Of a stretch of 64,000 nt of DNA, positions 12,680 to 21,870 are shown piece after piece. The position numbers and the translations under genes were made by a program. Source of the DNA: Callorhinchus milii. Lineage: Eukaryota. Within the stretch, counting starts at the first letter, position 1, and each line of letters opens with the position of its first letter. The stretch lies in NCBI RefSeq assembly GCF_018977255.1, contig NW_024704742.1, positions 28,646,001 to 28,710,000 of the forward strand, written 5' to 3'. Below the pieces are notes generated by a model. That model did not search any database. It worked only from the letters and a program-made list of their open reading frames with translations, and was not told the DNA's origin.

Positions 12680-13460
12680 CGAGAGGAGATAGTGAGAGGG
12701 ATAGTGAGAGGAGATAGTGAGAGGGATAGTGAGAGGAGATAGTGAGAGGAGATAGTGAGAGGAGATAGTGAGAGGAGATAGTGAGAGGGATAGTGAGAGG
12801 GATAGTGAGAGGAGATAGTGAGAGGAGATAGTGAGAGGGACAGTGAGAGGGACAGTGAGAGGGATAGTGAGAGGAGATAGTGAGAGGGATAGTGAGAGGA
12901 GATAGTGAGAGGGATAGTGAGAGGGATAGTAAGAGGAGATAGTGAGAGGGGACAGTGAGAGGGATAGTGAGAGGGACAGTGAGAGGGATAGTGAGAGGGA
13001 TAGTGAGAGGAGATAGTGAGAGGGATAGTGAGAGGAGATAGTGAGAGGGATAGTGAGAGGAGGTAGTGAGAGGGACAGTGAGAGGGATAGTGAGAGGAGA
13101 TAGTGAGAGAGACAGTGAGCGGGATAGTGAAAGGAGATAGTGAGAGGGATAGTAAGAGGAGATAGTGAGAGAGACAGTGAGGGATAGTGGAGAGACAGTG
13201 AGAGGGATAGTAAGAGGAGATAGTGAGAGAGACAGTGAGAGGGATAGTGAGAGGAGATAGTGAGAGGGATAGTGAGAGGGATAGTGAGAGGAGATAGTGA
13301 GAGGACAGTGAGAGGGGATAGTGAGAGGAGATAGTGAGAGGGATAGTAGTAAGAGGGATAGTAAGAGGAGATAGTGAGAGGGATAGTGAGAGGGATAGTA
13401 AGAGGAGATAGTGAGAGGGATAGTGAGAGGAGACAGTGAGAGAGACAGTGAGAGGGATAG
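12680..13460. repeat. Purine-rich minisatellite in intron 1: about 60 interspersed 12-bp (GAGAGGGATAGT) and 13-bp (GAGAGGAGATAGT) units
   Basis: Directly visible tandem array with GACAGT and GTAAG variant units. Confidence 0.95.
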
Positions 13461-13476
13461 ACAGAACAAGAAGGAT

Positions 13477-13589
13477 GAGGTGGTGGTAGTGGTGGTGAGG
13501 TGAGGGTGGTGGGGTGAGGGTGGTGAGGTGAGGTGAGGGTGGTGGGGTGAGGGTGGTGAGGTGAGGTGAGGGTGGTGAGGTGAGGGGGT
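13477..13589. repeat. G-rich low-complexity repeat (GGTGA/GGGTGGTGG units) near the exon 1 donor
   Basis: ggtgaggtgagggtggtggggtgag is repeated. Confidence 0.85.
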
Positions 13590-13666
13590 GATCGTTCTTG
13601 ATCGTACAAATCCAGACTTAGACTAGTTTTTTTTTGGGTTTGGTTTGGTTTTTGTTTCGTCTTTAC

Positions 13667-16153
13667 CTCGTTTGATAATATACTCCCATTGGAAATGATG
13701 TCCGGCTGCTGGTCAGTGTACCCCGTGACGAGAGCCCCGCAGGGGTTGTGGTCGGTGTCCGTGCTCCTGGCCGGGCTGCACGGCTTCAAGAACATGAGGT
13801 CGGTTTTGGCCGACTCCGGGGTCAGACACACTTGGTAGCAGTAATTCTGACTGTGGTGTCCGAAGGCCCCTTCGTCCGTGGAGACCTGCGCCGCGTTGGA
13901 GTTGTTGGTCTGGACCAACATGATGTCCGACTTGCTGAGCTTCTTCTTCCTGTTCCTGGCCTGTCTGCAGCAGGAGCAGCACTCCCCGGCCAGGCAGCCG
14001 TACAGGTTCAGCTTCTTGTCCTTCTGGCACCGGATGGCCAGCACGATCATGGCCAGGAGGAACACGAAGGACACCGAGCCCAGCGCGATGATCAGGATCA
14101 GGGTCAGATCCAAGGAGTTTTCCTTCGGGCTCCCGGCTCGGTTGCGCCTCTCCCCCCCCGGGCGGTCCACCGGGCTGTCCACGGCCACCACCAGGACGGT
14201 GGTGGTGGCCGAGAGCGGAGGCTGCCCGTGGTCCCTCACCTCGATCAGGAGCTCGTAAGGGGCGGCGCCGGCGTCCTTCTTGCGGGCGGGCAGCCTCCGC
14301 ACGGTCTTGAGCTCCCCGGTCCGCCAGTCCATGCGGAAGAGCCCCAGCTCGTTGCCCTTGGCGATGTAGTAGGTCAGCCTGGCGTTGTCCCCGTCGTCGG
14401 CGTCCACCGCCACCAGGCGGGTGAGCAGGTAGCCCGGCTCGGCCGCGCGGGGCACCAGTTCCTTGGCGCTGCCGTTCCTGAGCGCGGGCGACACGATGGA
14501 GGGCGCGTTGTCGTTCTGGTCCACCACCACGATGTTGACGCTGGCGTTGGCGGCCCGGGGCGGGCTGCCCGCGTCCCGGGCCTGGACCGTGAAGCCGAAC
14601 TCCTTGAGCTGCTCGTAGTCGAAGGAGCGCAGGGCGTAGAGGTAGCCGTTCTCCGAGTTGATGGACACGTAGGTGAAGACCGACATGCCCTGGATGTCGC
14701 ACTCCAAGATGGAGTAGGAGATGTAGGCGTTCTGGCCCACGTCCGGGTCCGCCGCGCTCACGGCGTAGATGTACGCCCCGGGCACGTTGTTCTCGGTCAC
14801 GTACACGTCGTACGACGCCCGGGAGAAACGGGGCGAGTTGTCGTTCTCGTCGGCCACCTGCACGGTGATGGACTTGCTGGAGGCCAGGGCCGGGGAGCCC
14901 CGGTCCTTGGCCGCGATGGTGATGGTGTAGGAGTCGGCGCTCTCCCGGTCCAGCGGCCCGTCGGTCACCACCGTGTAGTAGTTCTTGAAGGACGACTTGA
15001 GCTGGAAGGGCACTCGGCCCACGATCTCGCAGCGCAGTTGGCCGTTCTCGCCCGAGTCGCGGTCGGCCACGCTGAGCAGGGCCACCACGGTGCCGGTGGA
15101 CGAGCTCTCGTTCACCGAGTCGGACACGGTGCTGAAGCTGATCTCGGGCGCGTTGTCGTTGGCGTCCAGCACCTTGACCAGCACCTTGCAGTGAGCCGGC
15201 ACGGCGTTGGGCCCCAGGTCCTTGGCTTGCACATAGATCTGGTACAGGCTGCTCTCCTCGTAGTCGATGTCCCCGCTCACCTCGATCCGGCCCGTCCGGG
15301 GCTCGATGCTGAACAGCTCCTTGACCCGGGGCGAGACGTGGTTGCTGAACGAGTAGAGGATCTCCCCGTTCTTGCCCTCGTCGCGGTCGGTGGCGTTGAG
15401 CTGGAGGACCAGGGTCCCGGCCGGGCTGTTCTCGGGCAGGCTGACCGTGTAGATGGACTGCTCGAACACCGGCACGTTGTCGTTGGAGTCCAGCACTTTG
15501 ATGGTCAGCAGAGCGGTGCCGGTCCTCTGGGGCGCCCCCCCGTCCACCGCCGTCAGCACGTACCGGTGCACCGCCTGCTGCTCCCGGTCCAGGGCTTTCT
15601 CCAGCACCAGCTCGGCGAACTTGTTGCCGTCTCCCGGGGTCTGCACGTCGAGGAAAAAGTAACTGTTGGGGGTGATCTCGTACGTGCGCAGCGAATTGCT
15701 GCCCACGTCCGGGTCGAAGGCGCTCTCCAGCGGCAGACGCGTCCCCGGAGAGGCGCTCTCGGAGATCTCCACCGTGATGTCCGCCTCCGGGAAGCCCGGC
15801 GGGTTGTCGTTAATATCCACCACTTCGATCTCGACCCGGAAAAGTTCCAGCGGGTTTTCCAAGAAAACTTCCAGATGCAGCAGGCAGATGGGGTTCTGCT
15901 TGCAGATGCGCTCCCGGTCGATCTGCTCGTTGACGAACAGGACCCCGTTCTCCAGGTTCACCTCCAAGTAGGGAGTCCTGGAGCTCGGCACCGTCTGGAA
16001 CCTCCGGGCGGAAAGTTTAGTCACGTCTAATCCCAAATCCTCGGCGATATTCCCCACGAACGTGCCATGCTCCTGCTCCTCGGGCACCGAATAGCGGATC
16101 TGACAGGCAACGCGATCGACCGAGACGCAAACCAGAACAAATAACGCAATCAT
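13667..16153 (-). CDS. PCDH10: Protocadherin-10 coding exon 1 (829 codons): signal peptide, six cadherin (EC) repeats, transmembrane helix and proximal cytoplasmic region
   Basis: Translation MIALFVLVCVSVDRVACQIRYSVPEEQEHGTFVGNIAEDLGLD... has repeated DRE/DxNDNxP/AxDxG cadherin motifs, TM LILIIALGSVSFVFLLAMIVLAI, and PCDH10-typical RKKKLSKSDIMLVQ, CLTPESAKTDLMFLKPCSP and PDIISNGSILSNE. The first ATG is at 16153; the ORF track starts at an upstream TTG (16165). Donor GAG|GTAAAG at 13667/13666, phase 0. Confidence 0.97.
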
Positions 16154-16859
16154 TTCCAAAGCCAAAGCCGATGTGCGCCTTTTGCTGCCCCCCTTTTTGC
16201 TCTTTTTTTTTTTGGGGGGGGGGGGGGGGAGAGGGGGGGAAAAAAAAATAAAGACGATAATATAAGTTTTTTTTTGTGTGTGTGTGTGCGCGTTTTGTGC
16301 GTGTTTTGCCGTGCGGGGTGGCGGGGTGGCGGGTGCGCGCTCTGTGCTAACTTCGAGCCCTCTCTACCTTTGCGTTTTCCATGGACACCAGTCCCGCAAT
16401 CGCAGGGGCGCAGGAAAGGCGAACCTCGCACAACCTTTCCGAGACGAACTTTTATTTGCTTTTAATGGGCAGCGGAAAGATCCTTTGATCTGACGCTCTT
16501 CTTCTCCTCCTCCTCCTCCTCCTCCAGCACCACCACCACCACGACCTCCTCCTCCTCCTCCTCCCGCCGCGGGTGTCGGGACGCGCAAATTCCCCGGGAC
16601 TGGGGGGGGGGTCTCGCATCAAACCCAACCGCACAGCCGATGGTCATATCCTCGGTGCAATCGCGGGGCATCGGGTGTTGGAGAGCTCGTTCGACGTTGG
16701 ATCGCCTTCGGTTGCACTCAACTCCGATCCTCGGTCGATATATTTTTTTTTTTTCGCTTCCCTCTCACTCTCCCCCCACCCTCTTTTTTTTTTAATCCCT
16801 CTTTATTTTCCGCCGCTTCTTGCCCGGTTTGCCCGGTTTGCACCAGTCGCTCCCGGTTC

Positions 16860-17160
16860 CCTGCGCTGCACTGACGGATTGGAGCTCTCACCGCTCGGGT
16901 TTTGCTGCTTTTGCGTAGCGCCCTCTTCCTGCCGACCAATGGCTCCTCTCGGCAAACCCCCCCCCCCCCCCCCCATCTCCACCCCCCCCCCCCTACCCCC
17001 CCTCCCACACACCCTCAGCCCCTCTCCCCGCATTGGCCGCCACCGGGAACCCAGCTGCCGTGTGTCAGGCTCATCCCAACCAATCTGACGCCGGGCTGAG
17101 AGGCGGCGGCTCTCTCTCTCTCTCCGTTCTCTCTCTCCGTTCACTCTCAGCCACACGAAT
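16860..17160 (-). promoter_or_regulatory. Probable PCDH10 core promoter (CpG-rich, four CCAAT boxes, two TGACG half-CRE sites)
   Basis: ATTGG at 16878 and 17032, CCAAT at 16936 and 17080, TGACG at 16872 and 17086. Lies 0.7-1 kb upstream of the ATG in CpG-dense DNA. The TSS is not determined. Confidence 0.55.
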
Positions 17161-17232
17161 GGGCTCCGGCAGTCGGTGCTGACCGCCCGGAGGGTTCATG
17201 GACACTCACACACACTCGCGCACACACACACT

Positions 17233-17263
<31 letters not shown>

Positions 17264-18348
17264 TCGCACAGGTACCTGTGCTCATCAGATCACAGCGCAC
17301 TTACGCGTGGAAATCTTTGCCCACCGTGTACTTTATCCCTCTTCTGTTGCCACATGTATCCATCGTGGATGGTCCGTGCGCCTGTTTCACCCCCACCACC
17401 ACATCCCCAACACCCCCCTCCTCCCCACACACCCCCACACCCCCACACCCCCCCCCATCCCCCACCCCCCCCCCCCAGTTTTCCCCCACCTCCCTCCCCA
17501 TTTTGATGAAGGGTGAGTCTTTCTCGAGAGTTCACGTCCCCTCGTAAAATGGTACTACATATATATATATATATATATAATAAAAGCAGTTACAGATCTA
17601 CTTAGTTTCTGTGGTGTTAAGTGTGTGCGGTTTTTTTTTTGAGTGGTGGTGGGGGTGGGGGGGGGGCACTGCTTTTAATACTTCTCTCTCAAAGCCATAT
17701 ATTTCAGCGCCTGTCCGGATGGGTAATATTCTGCATCAATGCGAATTAGTGAGAACGGCTGCGAAACCATCGCTCTGCATCGCGATCCGAGCACTTTTCT
17801 GCAACGCCAAATCTTTTTTTTTTTAACGTGTAGGCGATTTGGCTAAACGTTAAGAGGTCCCTCTCCGCAAATTCGCACCACCTCGGGTGTGGTCCTCCTT
17901 CATTCACTGGTCCATATTTTTTTTTCGCGTGTGTGTGTGTGCGTGTGTGTGTGTGTGCAGCGTTAGTGCATCTATCTGCCTCGGTGAAATGTCACGCGTG
18001 TGGGGGGGGGGGGGGGGGGGGGCGTCGGAAACGGAGGGTCTCAGCGATAACGACTGATTCAGTCGGTCGGTCGGTATTCGCAGGGCAGTCGGTGTTGTTC
18101 CAGCGCAGAGATCTGCAAAGAGCTGCTTTAAATAAGCAATCGAGAGGCGAATCCGGCAGCGAAAACCAGTTGCTCCTCATTTTGGGGAGGGGGTGAGGTT
18201 GCAACCCTGCCCCCACTCCCACCCCACCACCCACCCACCCACCCACACAGTTGGTGTCACACGTTGGCACTGGGAGAGATCGGGAGACAGCGACGCGGAA
18301 GGAAGTAGTTTAAAATCAAGACAGAAAATCCAAATCGAAGAAAGCAAT

Positions 18349-18381
<33 letters not shown>

Positions 18382-18931
18382 AACACACAACACGCACCAG
18401 AAAACCAAGGGGCTTTTTTGCATCAATATAATCACCGAAAGGCAAAAGAACTGACGCCGTTGCACACACACACACACACACAGAGACAAAAAACGACGAG
18501 TGCAACTTGCAAATAAAAAAAAAGCAACTTGCAAATAATAACGATCTCTTATTAAAATGTTCGCTTCCAAACTATGTCGGGGTACCAAGGAGTTGGCTGT
18601 GCGATAAAGCGGCGCAAATATGCATCAAGTCCTCTGGCGGTGTCCGTAAAATACCAGTGGATCATCTATGGATGTTCACTTACGAAGGATGGGAAGGGGA
18701 AGGGAAGGGATGAAGGGGCTCTGGAGGAGCCTGGCGCCAGATGGCTTTTTTTTTGTGTGGGGGGGGGGGGGGGGGGTTAAATGCCAACAAGGGCAGAGAT
18801 CTGACTCCCTTCAGAGGGTGTCGGTGCTGCACTTAAAGCCAACCACACGTAATTGCAAAATAAAGCACAATGTGTAAGTAGTGTTCCTTTCCCTGGGTGT
18901 GAGCATTGACTGACTCTGAAGGAAGCACAAG

Positions 18932-19304
18932 CTCTCTCTCCCCCCCCCCCCCCCCACACCTCTCTCTCTCTCTCCATTCCCCCCACCCCCCCTCTCTCTC
19001 TCCCTCTCTCTCTCTTTCTCCCCCCCTCATTCTCTCTCTCTCCCCCCTTCACTCTCTCTCTCTCTCTTCCCCTCTCTCTCTCTCTCTCTCCCTCTCTCTC
19101 TTCCCCCCTCTCTCTCTCTCTCTCCCTCCCCTCTCTCTCTCCCTCTCTCTCTCTCCCTCTCTCTCCCCCCTCTCTCTCTCTCTTCCCCCCCTCTCCCCTC
19201 TTCCCCCCCCCCCTCTCTCACCCCCCCCCTCTCTCTCCCCCCCCCTCTCTCTTCCCCCCTCTCTCTCCCCCCCCCCTCTCTCCCCCCTCTCTCTCTCTCT
19301 CTCT
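18932..19304. repeat. ~370 bp polypyrimidine/polypurine (CT/C-run) tract
   Basis: Almost exclusively C/T on the + strand. Confidence 0.95.
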
Positions 19305-19760
19305 GGGTACCTTCCTCAATTTTGCAGGAGAAAGAGCGAATTGTGCGGCTTTTAATCGCGCTGGTTCTTTTTTGGGGGGGAGCTAAAGGGGTGTGTGTGG
19401 GGGGGGGGTGTTGGAGTTGGGATGGAGAAAGGCTATTTAGTGTCGGGAAAAAAAAGAAGCTCCATTTATTGCAGCATCACGTACGAGACGCCCAGAGCTA
19501 AGACAGTTTATAAAAGAATGTGTTGATCAATAAACAGTAGATTATGGTCTATCAGAGCATTAATGCACCCTTCTGATCGATACGTGCTGGGTGCTTGCTG
19601 TTACACTTAGGCATATAAATATATATACAGATGGATAGTATATAAAGATAAGATATTTTAAGACAGGTCCAAGAGCTCTTCAGCAGGACATGGTTTTTGT
19701 TAAGTATTTTTTTTTTCGGAGTGCATCAAAAGCCCTCGCATAATGAGATCTTAGCTACTT

Positions 19761-19963
19761 CCACCCTCTCCCCCCACCCACCCACTCCCCACTCCCACCC
19801 CCACCCACTCCCCACTCCCACCCACCCCCCACCCACTCCCCACTCCCACCCCCCACCCACTCCCCACTCCCACCCACCCCCCCACCCACTCCCCACTCCC
19901 ACCCCCACCCCCCCACCCACTCCCACCCCCCACCCACTCCCCACTCCCACCCACCCCCCCACC
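19761..19963. repeat. C-rich tandem repeat (CCCCACT/CCCACC units)
   Basis: ccccactcccacccccacccact is repeated. Confidence 0.9.
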
Positions 19964-20510
19964 AGGAAGAATTAGCCGAAATAGTTCATTAAACCACAAA
20001 TATGTGTGTGATCAGCTGGTCCTGGCCGAGGGCTCGACACAAGGCGAGATCCCACTGCGTGTGGCGCGCTCTGCTGGAGACATGTGCCGCGGATCCTCCA
20101 GTTCAACAACAACACGCAGAGATGTGTGGGACACTCAGGCTGTCCACATGCAGACAACATACCTCAACCACTGCCTGGATTAGCTCCTCTAACATGGCTG
20201 AGGCATTGCACAGATATATATATATATATAAAAAAAACACTGCATGCACTCCCAACACTCACGCTGTTGCTACTCGTGCAAGGACACTGTTGCCAGAGGC
20301 TCTTTTGGGGTGAAATCACACTCTTATCAACATCTACCTTGGAGCTGTCCACGGCGTATCTTGGGAGCTGCTAGGAATTGGAGCGGTTCTCTCCTCCCCA
20401 ACGCCACACCGACCGGTACCAGAGGGGAAGCGTTGTCAGGGCTATTGCATTGCATTCTTGCACAAGCGCCTTCAGCAAAGCAACCTCACGGTTGACTTGA
20501 CATCACTTGG

Positions 20511-20637
20511 CCTGCCGCGTTCGCCCACAAATATACGGTCAATTCACTTTACAGTGTGTTCTGTGAAGCGCTTTGGGACGTCCTCCCGACGTGAAAAGCG
20601 CTATATCAAATGCAAGGATTATTATTATTATTATTAT
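20511..20637 (+). mobile_element. 5'-truncated young SINE (3' part and tail)
   Basis: gccgcgttcgcccacaaat...gggacgtcctcccgacgtgaaaagcgctatatcaaatgcaagg(att)n. Confidence 0.88.
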
Positions 20638-21659
20638 CATGGGCTTGGCATCACTTGAAAGCTGCTGTTGATACCAGACGGGGAAGTGTATTGGACTAAC
20701 AATCATTTCTTTGCACACTTCGCTGTCTATGATTGACTTAACCTCTGAAGGGACACACGTTTTCTCTCTGCTGCTGTTTTCACAGAAACTGGAGGATTTT
20801 AGTTTGGGCAGCTGTATGCGGGATACAATTGGTTACTACCTCACAGCATAAAGCAACTGAGAATTTGGTACCAATTCTCGTTGAATTTCTAGTTTTACTG
20901 AAGGGGGATACTAGGGTGACTGATTGTAGACAAATAATTTAATTTGCACTGTGCAAATGTCTTTAATTATTTCCTCCAATCCCTCCCTCACCCCCCAAAA
21001 TGCATTTTGACTCCTTTTCTTTCTATACTTCAATGGGCAGGAGATGCTCTACTATAGCGTCTTGCCCAGTCTTAGTGTAAGAGATGGGGGTGGAGGTGGA
21101 TAGAAGCTGAGTCTCTTTTGGAGAAGTTTGCTTGGCAAGGCAATGTCAGAGTCGAGTCAACCCTCTATGATGGTCTCACTAGACTGGTTCATAAGCCAGG
21201 TGGGTCTCCAGTACTCTAGAGCACAGCTGATGATAAACTGGCTTGTCTGCAGGATTTGCAGGGCTGACAAGGGGAGGGAAGATTCTTCACACTCAGCTCC
21301 TAATACCCTGCAAAACCAAACTCTAACAGGTAGTGGTCCTAACCAGGCAAGCACCGATAAGCTTGCCAGACAGTGCTCGCAATGGCGTTTTAATTGATTA
21401 AACTCCAACAATACCCCCAAACACACATTAGCTTTTCCAAGCCATGGCTCTTGTCAATTTACACCTAATCCTCTCTGAAGTTAGGTAAGAAGGAAGCATT
21501 CCTTCAGTGAGAGTGCGTATTCAGTTCCAAATGCAGTAAAATACCATGGCAGTAAGTGTTGACAAAGTATTAAATCATGAGGGGGAGAAGGATCACAATA
21601 TTGTCTCATTATGTCTTCACTTCATCATCATAGTAGAACACCTTGAGGCACAGGTTCTT

Positions 21660-21870
21660 GGACATCAATCAGGAGCAGAAACCCTGGCTGAGTTTTCCAT
21701 CCCAAACACTGAGGCATTGAAACCAATTGCAGTGCCCCAACTGTTATCATCAGCTAACTCAGCACAGATAAGGATTGAAACCTACAACCTTCCAGTCTAA
21801 TATGGCCTAATGCCAGACCATATGGCCTAGTGCCAGTCCATATGGCAGTGCCTTCACCCACTGGGCGATC
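21660..21870 (-). mobile_element. LF-SINE-like 5' fragment with an internal short tandem duplication
   Basis: caggagcagaaaccctggctga...ccaattgcagtgcccc...atcagctaactcagcacaga...accttcc; the unit atatggcctaatgccag is repeated. Confidence 0.65.

Larger units (their letters stand above)
13667..18350. promoter_or_regulatory. CpG island covering exon 1, the 5'UTR and the promoter
   Basis: CpG and GC density is visibly much higher than in the AT-rich, CpG-poor flanks. Elevated CpG extends patchily from ~9.3 kb to ~20.5 kb. Confidence 0.8.

Noticed and set aside
12680..13460. Regularly spaced repeats superficially like a CRISPR array or a coding repeat gene (ORF 12591-13469)
   Set aside because: No unique spacers, eukaryotic intron context, and the frames are open only because of base composition.
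13748..16030. 760-aa plus-strand ORF antisense to PCDH10 exon 1 (and the 329-aa alternative-frame ORF 13713-14702)
   Set aside because: Shadow ORFs caused by very high GC3 codon usage; the products have no recognisable domains.
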